A stretch of DNA of 64,000 bases. Origin: Octopus vulgaris (lineage: Eukaryota). The notes beneath the pieces are model-generated. The model saw only the letters and a list, made by a program, of their open reading frames with translations, ran no database searches and was not told the DNA's origin. Shown in pieces: positions 1-13,342 of the stretch (its first letter is position 1; every line of letters begins with the position of its first letter). A program made the position numbers and the translations under genes. The stretch spans positions 36,394,001 through 36,458,000 of the forward strand of contig OX597835.1 in NCBI GenBank assembly GCA_951406725.2. Direction: 5' to 3'.

Positions 1-76
1 TATGTATGTATGTATGTATGTACGTACGTACGTATGTATGTATGCATGTATATATGTATGTATGTGTGTGAGTGTA

Positions 77-134
<58 letters not shown>

Positions 135-1425
135 TCACGGAACCAGAATCGAATCTTCAGACAAAGAATATTTCAAACTATATCAATTCCGAACAGCTTT
201 AATGATTAAATTTTCCAGCCGAATGCCAAGCAATTTGTAAACCTTCATATTAATTTGAACAGCCGCCATCTTTGTTTTTATATATTTTGCTCGTAAAATG
301 TATTTCTTGTCTCTGATTACATTCTTTTTTGTTGTTGTTGTTGCTGCTGTTGATGGTATATTGCGTTTATTTCCTTCATTATTTTGTTGCTTATTGTTTT
401 ATATTATTTATATGATTTTTCTTCTTTTATTTTTAAGATATTTTCTGTGGTTTATTTCGTTCGATTTTTTCCATTTTTTTTCATCCTTTTCTTTTTATTG
501 TTTCTTTTTATTGTTTCTTGCTGTTGTCGTTGTCGTTGTTGCTTCTCTTTATTTCCCGGCATTCTTCAGTAGATTTTGCACATGCGCTGACGGCTTAAAT
601 ATTTCTCCAGCAGCGGAGGCATCCACGTGCGAGAGAAATTCTTGCTAGAAGAAGGGTTTTTGATTTCGAAGACGCAGCAGGACAGCGAGAAGCTTGTAGC
701 CATATCTTATTAAGGAAACTTCCAGAGTCTTTGTGTATGTTTAGTCACAGGAGAGAACGCATGTAGAAGGGGTAAAAAAAAATAGATTTATATGTATGTT
801 TGTGTTTGTGTTTGTGTGTGTATATATATATAAACACACACATTTATATATTTGAATTTATGTAGCCACTCACAAATATCTAATCACTTACATAAACACT
901 AACACAGATACTCACATATACACACACATATTCTAACTTACAATATATGATGTTAGTTATTGATGTATACGTATGTGCATATATATATGCCTGTATATAC
1001 ATCCACATGTATATGTAAATATATATATATGTCTGTGTGTGTACATGTGTGTGTGCGTCTGTGTGTGTCTCCGATATATTTATATACACGTATGTAATGC
1101 AACCAGATATGTTTGTACACGTATATACATGCATATATATATATAATGCATACACATGTATGTATATATATATACACATACACACACACTCACACACACT
1201 AACACACACACACTCACATACACACACATACACACATATATATACATATACTAAAATCTATGTATGTATGAGTATGTATGCCTTCTTAAGTACATGTATG
1301 CGTATGTGTTTGCGGATGTATATATGTGAGCGCATTAATGTCTTTATATCTTTATATAAATAACTCCATACTTTGTTGAACTATTTAGTCTGTATCCAGT
1401 ATGAGTCTTTGCGATGTTAAAAAAT

Positions 1426-1745
1426 GCTGATGATGATGAATATGATGATGATGATGATGACGATGATGATGATCATGATCATGATGATCATGACGACAAC
1501 GACGACGATGGTGATGATGAGGATGATGATGATGACGATGATGATGATGATGATGATGATTACGACGACGACGACGACGACGACGATGATGATGATGATG
1601 ATGATGATGACGACGACGATGATGAGATTGCCACGACAACGATGATAATGATAGTGGTGATAGCGACGACGATGATGATGATGATGGTGATGTTGGTGGT
1701 AACGATGCAAAAGCTACTTGCTCCTGATGCCGTTGCCCTTATCAT

Positions 1746-1790
<45 letters not shown>

Positions 1791-2017
1791 CATTGCAGCT
1801 GCTGCTGCTACTACTACTACTATTGCTACTACTACTAGTTCTACTACAACTTCTACCACCACCACTACCACTTCTACTACCACTGCTACTACTACTACTT
1901 CTACTACTACTACTACCACCACTACCACTTCTACTACTACCACCATCACTACTACTATCACTACTACTACTACTACCACCACCACTACCACTTCTACTAC
2001 CACTACTACTACTACTT
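1426..2017. repeat. Compound trinucleotide microsatellite (GAT/GAC)n then (ACT/ACC)n
   Basis: Directly visible; explains the poly-D, poly-T and poly-H ORFs. Confidence 0.9.
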
Positions 2018-2510
2018 CAGTTTTAAATACGACTCGGTAAAACTGAGCCTGGTAACAGCGTAACATAATATGTGTTTCTACATGACTGTATGTGTGTGTG
2101 TATGTGTGTTTGACTGTATATGTGAGTGAGGAGGTATTTGACTGTGTGTATAAGTGCATATATATTAGTTTATGACTGTATGTTTATATGTATGCGTAAG
2201 CTTGTCTATATGTTTATATGTGTGGGTGTATGAAACTATGCATGGCGTATATATGTGTGCGCATGTGTGAATGTATATGTGTGTGGATGTGGGTGTGTGT
2301 GTGTTTGTGTGTGTGTGAAACTGTTTGCATGTGAGTATGTATGTGTGCGTGTGTCTATTTATTCGTGTAGGCCTATGATGGAATACCTGCACATTTATAG
2401 ATGAATGTATGTGTATTTACGGTTATACATCTGTAGTTCTGTATATATAGGTGTTTATGTTTGAAAATATGTGTATGTGCGTGTGTGTGTGTGTGTACAT
2501 AGATAGATAA

Positions 2511-2544
<34 letters not shown>

Positions 2545-2651
2545 CTTTGTATTATACAAATCCACACATAGCTATACCTTCCTATCTGTCAGGTGCTCCA
2601 GCTTGGTCGCAGCCGCATGGCTGAAACGATGAAACGAATAAAAGAATAGAC

Positions 2652-2697
<46 letters not shown>

Positions 2698-2799
2698 CAG
2701 GGCTATAGCAGAAGACACTTGCCCAAGATGCCACGCAGTGGGACTGAACCCGGAACCATGTGGTTGGTTAGCAAGCTACTTACCACACAGCCACTCCTG

Positions 2800-2876
<77 letters not shown>

Positions 2877-3200
2877 CACACATACATACACACATATATA
2901 AAGGTAAATAGTCTTTTGTTCTTTTACATGTTTCACTCATTTGACTGCGGCCATGCTGGAGCACCACCTTTAATCGAGCAAATTCATCCCAGGACTTTTT
3001 CTTTGTAAGCCTAGTACTTATTCTCTCGGGCTCTTTTGTCGAACCACTAAGTTACGGAAACATAAACCCAACAGATTCGGTGGTCCAGCGATGTTGGACA
3101 CCCCCCCACACATTCATATACGACGGACTTCTTTCAGTTTCCGTCTACCAAATCCACTCGCAAGGCTTTGGTCGGCCCCTCGGGCCGGAGACTTGTCCAA

Positions 3201-3244
<44 letters not shown>

Positions 3245-3506
3245 GGGTAAGTATAGATAGAGATGTAGGAGTATGCATGTGTATAATATAGAGATATATC
3301 TGCAAACATATGGATATGTAGGAGCATTTTTTTCAATGACCGGATAACTGAAGAGATGGCGGCGTGGGATTCCGCCCCGACATCCGAAATTCGGAGTTTT
3401 ATCATGGCTACCGTATAATTGTAACATTAATATATTTACAGATAAATTTCTCTATTTACATAATATCGAGGTCTCTTTCATTCTTTTGTTGTCTTACCAT
3501 TTCTAT

Positions 3507-3543
<37 letters not shown>

Positions 3544-3545
<2 letters not shown>

Positions 3546-4717
3546 GGAGTAAACACATAAATGTGAAACAAGGTGGAAAAAAGAGTACTCAAATACCAGT
3601 GGTAGAGTAATATGCTTTATTTTAAGCAGCAGAAAATTCAACAAAATCTGTTACTCTGAGTTTCTCGTTGCCGTTCATCAGACAGTTTTTGCTAGAATGG
3701 AACTGATATATCAATTCAATCTATACTCTTACAAACGCTACACCTTTAAAAAGAAATGGACTTGTTTGATTGGCCCTTTAGAAAAAACGGTCAATCTTCG
3801 AGCGATAAACAAAAAGGTCAAAAATATATGTATATATATATAAAAACTTATAAAAATTATAAAATCCGAGGAAAAAACCTATTGACGTTAATGAAGACAG
3901 TGCAAATTAATGCATAGAAATTAAACCTGTTATAAATACTGCAATACATATTTATATTAAAATCTACATATATATATCAACATACACAAAAGGATGCGCG
4001 TAAACGCCATACATACATATACAGACGTATGAATATAAGTCTAAATATACACATAAAGGCATGTGTACATATATTCACGCAAACCGTCTCGCACGCAAGC
4101 TAAAATTCATCTATGTAGCAATTCTCATATACTGAGCAAGGAGGGGGAACGAAAGAAAGGGAAAGAGAGAAAAAGGAACGAAGGAGGGGTGGGGAAAAAA
4201 CGAAATAAGCAGTGTAACGATGTTATTGGCATCTATAGAGACCAGTATACATACACAAGTTTGAATGGATACATATACATACCGTCGTGTATATGTGTGC
4301 TTAAGCACAAACATACTTTCACTTACACATACACAGATACGCATGCTTACAAATACATATGCTTTGCTATACACATACTTATATAAACATTCTAATTTTG
4401 ACAACATTGCTTTTTTTAAAAAACATTGCTTTTAAAAAATGGGTGCATTAATAAAACTATATACGAAATACATATAAAATAAAATATAACATCCTATTTT
4501 GGGTCATTTATAAATAATCAAGGTAATATAAATAATCAAGGTAATCCTATGCAATACAATAACATGAAAACAAAGTTTGTAGGTTTTTCCTAATATATAT
4601 GTAGAAACATAAGACTTTGCTATACGGATTAAGATCCGCATAGCTTGGAAACAAAATCCATCGTAGCGCTCAAGAGTCAAAATCAAAATCAAAAATCAAA
4701 AATACAAAATATATACT
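3544..4717 (-). mobile_element. 3' UTR / pseudo-LTR of the Penelope-like element, ending at (TA)n
   Basis: Follows the ORF stop, contains a hammerhead, and has an inverted copy at 5238-6340. Confidence 0.7.
3648..3685 (-). ncRNA. Type I minimal hammerhead ribozyme
   Basis: Reverse complement reads CUGU-CUGAUGA-aCGgcaaCGa-GAAA-CUcagAG-UA-ACAG; cleavage triplet GUA. Confidence 0.8.
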
Positions 4718-5260
4718 CTATCCATATGGTATATTTATATTCGACATTTTAAATTTAGCCGCGTGCCTACATAAGTTCATTAACTCACTTCTTTGATTCA
4801 AAGAATTATTGTCTTTGAATAAGATGTACATTTTTTCTAATAGACAAAGTCTGCATTTGAAATTATTTTTGTAAGCTCCATGCCTGTATGGTGCCGCCCT
4901 GTCCAGAATGCTCCATGTCACGTTGAAAGGTGGGGCTTCCTTTTCTTTTAGTTCCCAGACATATTTTGCTAGGCTGGTTTTCTTCCTATTCTCTGGGTAT
5001 TTAAATGAATTTTTATGAGAATAAAATCTTGTTTTAAATGAATTTTCTGAAGCCCCTGTGTATGTCTTGTATTCCGATGAGCCTTCCACTTGCACCTTGG
5101 CTCTATAAACTACTCCTTTCACTAGACATTTCCCTTCTAACGGACAGGAGCTTTCGTTTTTGCAATTATATTTCTTAATGGGCTCGGCACCATGTCTAAT
5201 CTCAATTAGCTTCCTATTATGTTGGCTAATGTAAGAGGCTACGATGGATTTTGTTTCCAA
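4718..5260 (-). mobile_element. 5'-truncated Penelope-like retroelement ORF, C-terminal GIY-YIG endonuclease
   Basis: Uninterrupted 180-aa frame with NC..CPLEGKC, VVY..TYTG, FKTRFYSH, CRLCLLEK and LNQRSELMNLCRH, the motif pattern of PLE GIY-YIG domains (possibly Hydra clade). No RT domain is present. Confidence 0.88.
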
Positions 5261-6200
5261 GCTATGCGGATCTTAATCCGTATAGCAAAGTCTTATGTTT
5301 CTACATATATATTAGGAAAAACCTACAAACTTTGTTTTCATGTTATTGTATTGCATAGGATTACCTTGATTATTTATAAATGACCCAAAATAGGATGTTA
5401 TATTTTATTTTATATGTATTTCGTATATAGTTTTATTAATGCACCCATTTTTTAAAAGCAATGTTTTTAAAAAAAGCAATGTTGTCAAAATAAGAATGTT
5501 TATATAAGTATGTGTATAGCAAAGCATATGTATTTGTAAGCATGCGTATCTGTGTATGTGTAAGTGAAAGTATGTTTGTGCTTAAGCACACATATACACG
5601 ACGGTATGTATATGTATCCATTCAAACTTGTGTATGTATACTGGTCTCTATAGATGCCAATAACATCGTTACACTGCTTATTTCGTTTTTTCCCCACCCC
5701 TCCTTCGTTCCTTTTTCTCTCTTTCCCTTTCTTTCGTTCCCCCTCCTTGCTCAGTATATGAGAATTGCTACATAGATGAATTTTAGCTTGCGTGCGAGAC
5801 GGTTTGCGTGAATATATGTACACATGCTTTTATGTGTATATTTAGACTTATATTCATACGTCTGTATATGTATGTATGGCGTTTACGCGCATCCTTTTGT
5901 GTATGTTGATATATATATGTAGATTTTAATATAAATATGTATTGCAGTATTTATAACAGGTTTAATTTCTATGCATTAATTTGCACTGTCTTCATTAACG
6001 TCAATAGGTTTTTTCCTCGGATTTTATAATTTTTATAAGTTTTTATATATATATACATATATTTTTGACCTTTTTGTTTATCGCTCGAAGATTGACCGTT
6101 TTTTCTAAAGGGCCAATCAAACAAGTCCATTTCTTTTTAAAGGTGTAGCGTTTGTAAGAGTATAGATTGAATTGATATATCAGTTCCATTCTAGCAAAAA

Positions 6201-6238
6201 CTGTCTGATGAACGGCAACGAGAAACTCAGAGTAACAG
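6201..6238 (+). ncRNA. Type I minimal hammerhead ribozyme (inverted-arm copy)
   Basis: ctgt CTGATGA acggcaacga GAAA ctcagag TA acag. Confidence 0.8.
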
Positions 6239-6337
6239 ATTTTGTTGAATTTTCTGCTGCTTAAAATAAAGCATATTACTCTACCACTGGTATTTGAGTA
6301 CTCTTTTTTCCACCTTGTTTCACATTTATGTGTTTAC

Positions 6338-6399
<62 letters not shown>

Positions 6400-6661
6400 A
6401 TAGAAATGGTAAGACAACAAAAGAATGAAAGAGACCTCGATATTATGTAAATAGAGAAATTTATCTGTAAATATATTAATGTTACAATTATACGGTAGCC
6501 ATGATAAAACTCCGAATTTCGGATGTCGGGGCGGAATCCCACGCCGCCATCTCTTCAGTTATCCGGTCATTGAAAAAAATGCTCCTACATATCCATATGT
6601 TTGCAGATATATCTCTATATTATACACATGCATACTCCTACATCTCTATCTATACTTACCC

Positions 6662-6694
<33 letters not shown>

Positions 6695-7026
6695 AACTTG
6701 GACAAGTCTCCGGCCCGAGGGGCCGACCAAAGCCTTGCGAGTGGATTTGGTAGACGGAAACTGAAAGAAGCCCGTCGTATATGAATGTGTGGGGGGGGTG
6801 TCCAACATCGCTGGACCACCGAATCTGTTGGGTTTATGTTTCCGTAACTTAGTGGTTCGACAAAAGAGCCCGAGAGAATAAGTACTAGGCTTACAAAGAA
6901 AAAGTCCTGGGATGAATTTGCTCGATTAAAGGTGGTGCTCCAGCATGGCCGCAGTCAAATGAGTGAAACATGTAAAAGAACAAGAGACTATTTACCTTTA
7001 TATATGTGTGTATGTATGTGTGTATA

Positions 7027-7058
<32 letters not shown>

Positions 7059-7060
<2 letters not shown>

Positions 7061-7465
7061 CGCAGGAGTGGATGTGTGGTAAGTAGCTTGCTAACCAACC
7101 ACATGGTTCCGGGTTCAGTCCCACTGCGTGGCATCTTGGGCAAGTGTCTTCTGCTATAGCCCCGGGCCGACCAATGCCTTGTGAGTGGATTTGGTAGACG
7201 GAAACTGAAAGAAGCCTGTCGTATATATATATATATGTGTGTGTGTGTTTGTGTGTCTGTGTTTGTCCCCCTAGCATCGCTTGACAACCGATGCTGGTGT
7301 GTTTACGTCCCCGTCACTTAGCGGTTCGGCAAAAAAGAGACCGATAGAATAAGTACTGGGCTTACAAAGAATAAGTCCCGGGGTCGAGTTGCTCGATTAA
7401 AGGCGGTGCTCCAGCATGGCCGCAGTTAAATGACTGAAACAAGTAAAAGAGAAAAAAGGGAAAAG
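7059..7465 (+). mobile_element. tRNA-derived SINE, family A (full length, internal TA/TG tract)
   Basis: A-box-like tggatgtgtggt, B-box-like ggttcagtccc and a gtaaaaga-type tail; many full or partial copies in the window. Confidence 0.85.
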
Positions 7466-7748
7466 ATATATATATATATATATATATACATATAAAATTA
7501 TTTAACAATTAAGGATAACTTCTTAATAAGGAATCTTAACAAGAAATTATCAAGTAGATAGCGTGAAACCTCATAAGAGAAAATTTCGAAAATAATTCTT
7601 TCTTATTGAACATATTAATTTATATATAGAGGGCATTATTACACATACATGCCACACGCTAAGGGGGACATTAGTCATTTCTACCAAAAAATTTTACTAA
7701 TCATACCCAATGCAATTTTTCAAAGCAAGACATTTAAAAAATGAATTT

Positions 7749-7810
7749 AGTATTGTATCACCTGTGATTTCGTACTTACCGCAGTTGCGACCGTACTCAT
7801 CAGCAAGACT
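7749..7810 (-). ncRNA. Type I hammerhead ribozyme
   Basis: Reverse complement of 8314-8375 with one stem I mismatch. Confidence 0.8.
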
Positions 7811-8313
7811 GATTCTGAACATATCATAAATAAACGACCTCGCACCGTCAAAGCCGAACAGCTTTGCGGTAAGTACGAAATCACAGGTGATACAAGACTA
7901 AATTCATTTTTTAAATGTCTTGCTTTGAAAAATTGCATTGGGTATGATTAGTAAAATTTTTTGGTAGAAATGACTAATGTCCCCTTAGCGTGTGGCATGT
8001 ATGTGTAATAATGCCCTCTATATATAAATTAATATGTTCAATAAGAAAGAATTATTTTCGAAATTTTCTCTTATGAGGTTTCACGCTATCTACCTGATAA
8101 TTTCTTGTTAAGATTCCTTATTAAGAAGTTATCCTTAATTGTTAAATAATTTTATTCCGAAAAAACTTTTCCTATCCAAAATGCAATTCGAAGAAGCCTG
8201 CCATTTACCGGATGTATTATATGTAAACTTCCCCATGTGCTTCGTTGGAGTGGAGCAGTTGGCTGTTCGGCTTTGACGGTGCGAGATCGTTTATTTATGA
8301 TATGTTCAGAATC

Positions 8314-8375
8314 AGTCTTGCTGATGAGTACGGTCGCAACTGCGGTAAGTACGAAATCACAGGTGATACAAGACT
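8314..8375 (+). ncRNA. Type I hammerhead ribozyme
   Basis: agtcttg CTGATGA gtac...gtac GAAA tca cagg tga TA caagact: 7-bp stem I, extended stem II, 4-bp stem III with tetraloop, AUA triplet. Confidence 0.88.
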
Positions 8376-8611
8376 AAATTCATTTTTTAAATGTCTTGCT
8401 TTGAAAAATTGCATTGGGTATGATTAGTAAAATTTTTTGGTAGAAATTACTAATGTCCCTCTTAGCGTGTGGCATGTATGTGTAATAATGCCCTCTATAT
8501 ATAAAATATAAATATATATACATATATATGCATATCGTTATAAATATACCTCTATATTGTATACATGCATACTCATATATCTCTATAACTATCTCTCTCT
8601 CACTCACTCTT

Positions 8612-8662
<51 letters not shown>

Positions 8663-8682
8663 ATGTATGTATATATATATAT

Positions 8683-8978
8683 GGAGGAGCAATGGCCCAG
8701 TGGTTAGGGCAGCGGACTCACTGTCGAAGGATCGCGGTTTCGATTCCCAGACCAGGCGTTGTGAGTGTTTATTGAGCGAAAACACCTAAAGCTCCACAAG
8801 GCTCCGGCAGGCGGGGTGGCGATCCCTGCTGTACTCTTTCGCCACAACTTTCTCTCGCTCTTTCTTCTGTTGGCCTGCTCGCTTAGCCAGCGGAGTGGCG
8901 TCATTTGAAGGCTAAAACAATACGAAGCGCATTGTGACCAGCGATGTGTAGCAACATTTGATAGCCTGGTCGATCACG

Positions 8979-8982
<4 letters not shown>
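8683..8982 (+). mobile_element. tRNA-derived SINE family C with RTE-like tail
   Basis: A box tggcccagtggtt, B box gtttcgattccc; second copy at 59509-59808 (-). Confidence 0.85.
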
Positions 8983-9021
<39 letters not shown>

Positions 9022-9757
9022 CTGCAACACGATTTCGAGTAATACAATCGGTCGATTATTCTGGAGTTTTTAAAAGTAATAAAGGGAAAGTAATTTGAAT
9101 ATAAAATTTTAAATCAAGCATGTCGTCACCATACAAAATTTACTAAACCAGGAAGTGGGATCGTACAATCATCAGACATGCTTGACTGAAATTATATAGC
9201 TAGAGCTCTTTAATTTCGTTGGCTAGAAGGAAGGACAAGAGCCAAGCTGAAAAGCCATTAAACGAAACCTAAGAAAATTTTTAATTCATCAAAATTCATT
9301 TTCGTGAAGACTTCCAGAGTTATTTCTGTTTCTGGGAATAAGATGCTTATATTGTAAATTGAGGGATGGGAGAGGAAAGGTAAGATCTGTAGGTGTATTC
9401 CATATACAATTGCGTATGTGAAAGGGAGAAACAGGAGGGAAAGGGTGAGAGAAAATGAAAGCGAGAGAGAGAAGGGAGAAAAGATAGATAGAGGAGTAGG
9501 CGTTAGAGATAGAAAAGGATATGTCTAGGATGTGTCGAGATCGAGTAAGTCTCAAAAGAAGCAAACTCCAGTCTCTGATGCTCGGTGGAATTAAATCAGC
9601 GTCTAAGGATGTATTTTACTCAGTGGAACGGAGTGTGAAAATCTCTGTTTTTGAAATTCTGAAGCGAAGTCTTCGGTATCATCTGTATCTTCGGTATCAT
9701 CCGTATCATCTTCGGTATCTTCACTAAACAGAGTATGTATATTATATATATGTGTGT

Positions 9758-9807
<50 letters not shown>

Positions 9808-9882
9808 ATATATGTAAGTATGTATCTATGTACATACGTATGTGTATATGTATGTATGTATGTATATATGTATGTATGTATG

Positions 9883-9916
<34 letters not shown>

Positions 9917-10722
9917 TGTATGTATGTATGTATGTATGTATTTATGTATGTATGTATGTATCCACGCATGTGCCATTATTCAATTTTATTTCAAGATTTC
10001 TTGCCAATAGAGAAAGAGCCGGTTTTTAAACTTGATCCGAGTTTCCTTAATTGGAATTTCAACAACATCAACAGGGTATTTTCGTATGCATGCATGTATG
10101 TATGTATGTGTGTATGTATGTATGTATGTATGTATGTATGTATGTATGTATGTATGTATGTATGTATGTATGTATGTATGTATGTATGTATGTATGTATG
10201 TGTGTATGTATGTATGTATGTATGTATGTATGTATGTATTTATGAATGAATGTATGTATGTGTGTATGCAGATTTGCATGTTTTGTTTTATGTATGTATA
10301 TATGTATGTATGCAATATGCATATGATAATTTTATTGAAATAATTCTAGCAATAATAGAAACTGTTTGATATCCTCATGAGATCCTACAACAGTTACAAC
10401 TACTTTTATAAACTAGCATCCTGCAGTTCTAGTTACAGATGCCTGCAAATGAAAGATCTAATTTACTTTCATTTTAGGTTATTCACAATTCCATTTACTA
10501 AAAGTTCCAGTCATGCTGGAGCACTGTCTTTAGTCGAGCAAATCGACTCCAGGACTTATTCTTTGTAAGCCTAGTACAAGATGAGGCACCAACAGTCCCT
10601 GCGATTTGGGCTATCTTTAGTTCTTGGCTTTTTACCCTGACGCAATAAAAACTTACATTCAAAGGATATAATGATTATTATCGGGAGCTCCTCCTGATCT
10701 CTGCTTAGAAAATTTTACAATA

Positions 10723-10885
10723 GGTGCAGGAGTGGCTATGTGGTTAGTAGCTTGCTTAAGAACCACATGGTTCCGGGTTCAGTCCCACTGCGTGGCACCT
10801 TGGGCAAGTGTCTTCTACTATAGCCTCAGGCCGACCAAAGCCTTGTGAGTGGATTTGGTAGACGGAAACTGAAAGAAGCCCGTCG

Positions 10886-10953
<68 letters not shown>

Positions 10954-11127
10954 TGTCTCTGTGTTTGTTCCCCCTAGCATTGCTTGACAACCGATGCTGC
11001 TGTGTTTACGTCCCCGTCACTTAGCGGTTCGGCAAAGAATAAGTCCTGGGGTCGATTTGCTCGACTAAAGGCGGTGCTCCAGCATGGCCACAGTCATATG
11101 ACTGAAACACGTAAAAGAGTAAAAGAG
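10723..11127 (+). mobile_element. SINE family A
   Basis: Aligns by eye to 7059-7465. Confidence 0.85.
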
Positions 11128-11351
11128 TAGTTATTCCTGAGTGTACTGTCTACGATGATGTCCGCGTAAAATTATCGCTGCCAGTCAGCGTGACTATAAA
11201 TTCTCTTCTCGGCACAACCGAGCCACAGAATCCATGTAGCTACCTTCTTTGCCCACAAATCCTGGAATGGATGTGAGGGTAGTGTTCTCAGGCACCTCCT
11301 CCACAGTGTCCTTGTAACCGTCCTTACAATTTCCTACTAGAATCCCAAGCA

Positions 11352-11674
11352 TCTCTATATATATAAATGGCAAAATGTCTGTCTGTGTGTGTGTGTGTAT
11401 CTTTTATACAAATCCACAATTTTTTAGTTAGAGGGCTCACACTTTCTGTAGTCATTCAAAACCGTCCAAGGGTGGTCGTGCACATCTTTACATTTCCCCA
11501 GTCTCCCCGCAAAGCCATTAAAAAATCAATAGAAGTGACTTTTTTGTGAATTTTCTATCCAAAACCCAATCAAAATGCCCGAAACTTGATACGCCAATTG
11601 AATGCCAGCTGGTTGTATGTGATTGGTCGGAGATTTGGACAGTACTCGCGTGTATGTGTGGGTCATAATGCTAG
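11352..11674 (+). mobile_element. Non-autonomous Helitron-like element
   Basis: 5' A|TCTCTATATATATAAA, 3' CTAG|T, no TSD; empty paralogous site at 12090/12091. Confidence 0.8.
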
Positions 11675-11964
11675 TGACCAATTAAAACTGTGGACACCAT
11701 CCAAACACCCCTATGTATCCTATCAGCTGGTTCGGCTTGAAGAATACGTCTTGCGATTCTTTCCTTTTAATCATATATCTATAGTAACAGGACTGGGACT
11801 TCTCAATGCAGTCCATGTTCCATCTCGATTATTTCAACTATTTTAAATCAACTTTTAGTAAATGGAATTGTAAAAGTAAATAAAAACTAAATTTCACTTA
11901 CTTAAGTTCTACAGGCATTTATAACTGGAACTGCAGAAATGGTAATTTATGAAAACAGTTGTCC

Positions 11965-12245
11965 ACAGAATCTATCCAGCCTCATTTTTGCCCACAAATC
12001 CTGGAATTGATATGAGGGTGGGGTTCTCATGCATCTCCTCCGCAGTGTCATTGTAACCGGCATTACACTTTCCTCTTAGAATTCAAAGGATGACCAACTA
12101 AATCTATAGATATCATCCAAACACCTCGTTCTTGGTCTACCCCTAGGTCTCCTATCAGCTGGTTCGGCTTGAAGAATATGTCTTACGATTCTTTCTTTTA
12201 ATCAAATGTCCGTAGTAACAGGACTGTGAGCACTCAGTGCAGAAA
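11965..12245 (-). mobile_element. RTE-type LINE 3' fragment (paralog at ~11228-11815 is split by the Helitron)
   Basis: Minus-strand peptide RHILQAEPADRRPRGRPRTR. Confidence 0.6.
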
Positions 12246-12486
12246 AATTGCAGCTAATCTCGAGGGGACTCCTTGATCTCAGACTACGCACCCTTTCGAA
12301 TAACTTTACTCTAGAGAGGCCTATGTCAGAATAAAACCTGGATGGCCACAGATGGAATACATATGATTATATTTCTACTCTAAACAGGTCCGATGAAATG
12401 ACCAAGAAGCTACAGAAATATTTAGCTTTTACAGTGTGGGTATTTGCGTGTGAATGAGAGTGTGTGTGTATGAATCTGTGAATGAG

Positions 12487-12536
<50 letters not shown>

Positions 12537-12562
12537 GGGGGGAGAGAGAGAGAGAGAGAGAG

Positions 12563-12600
<38 letters not shown>

Positions 12601-12634
12601 GGATAGACAGATAGATAAATAGATAGATAGATAA

Positions 12635-12682
<48 letters not shown>

Positions 12683-12868
12683 TTAGATAGAAAGATAGAT
12701 ATAGATAGATATCCTTCAATATTCATCTATTCTTTTATTTTTGTTTCAGTCACTTGACTGCGGCAATATATATGTATATGTAAATATATATGGAAATGGT
12801 AATATATGTATATGTGTGTGTAATCGTGTATGCGAGTATGTGTATACATGTATATCTATATCTATCTA

Positions 12869-12920
<52 letters not shown>

Positions 12921-13342
12921 ATATATATACACGTGTATATAGATATATATATATACATATATATTTATACGTACGTATGTATATATATATATATGTTTTT
13001 ATTAGGACATAAACACAGCAACACGTCACGGTGCGAAAGACATAATTATTGAATGGTCGATCATGAATCGCACCAGGGCCCTATTTAAAACGGAACACAA
13101 CGTTGCCAACAATGCTCAGCTGAGAAGTGTTTTGATGTTATTTAAAGAAAAACACGGAAATCGTCGAGAAAACGCTGTCACCGTGACAACTTCTGTAACT
13201 GCGGATTAATCCGTTAGAGTATTTAAATAAGAAACTTGGATGATCTAACGGAAATATACAACACACACCATTCATAACCCAACGGGTCTTCATTGAATCA
13301 GTTACCGTTTTGTTTATATTTTAATAGCTTTCAACGCTTTAA

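Larger units (their letters stand above)
2700..7162. repeat. Long inverted duplication: arms 2700-4667 and 5238-7162, spacer 4668-5237
   Basis: Arms are near-identical reverse complements (ORFs 4063..4386+ and 5500..5823- translate identically). They differ by a few SNPs, microsatellite lengths and an 18-bp tandem duplication at 4509-4544. Confidence 0.95.
7492..8504. mobile_element. Hammerhead-bearing non-coding repeat: inverted copy (7492-7862) plus ~1.3 tandem units of 476 bp
   Basis: tgcggtaagtacgaaatc occurs at 7865 and 8341; the left segment is its reverse complement; flanked by TA-rich microsatellite. Confidence 0.8.

Noticed and set aside
560-775. Unique GC-richer island, possible exon
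   Set aside because: No convincing ORF or recognisable protein; cannot be supported without RNA data.
1414-2040. Asp/Thr-rich mucin-like ORF
   Set aside because: Pure trinucleotide repeats with no domain or splice evidence.
7059-7130. tRNA genes at SINE heads
   Set aside because: A/B boxes only, no full cloverleaf; they continue into SINE bodies.
9113-9185. 10-bp stem enclosing CUGAUGA on the minus strand
   Set aside because: No GAAA or stem III half, so not a supportable hammerhead.
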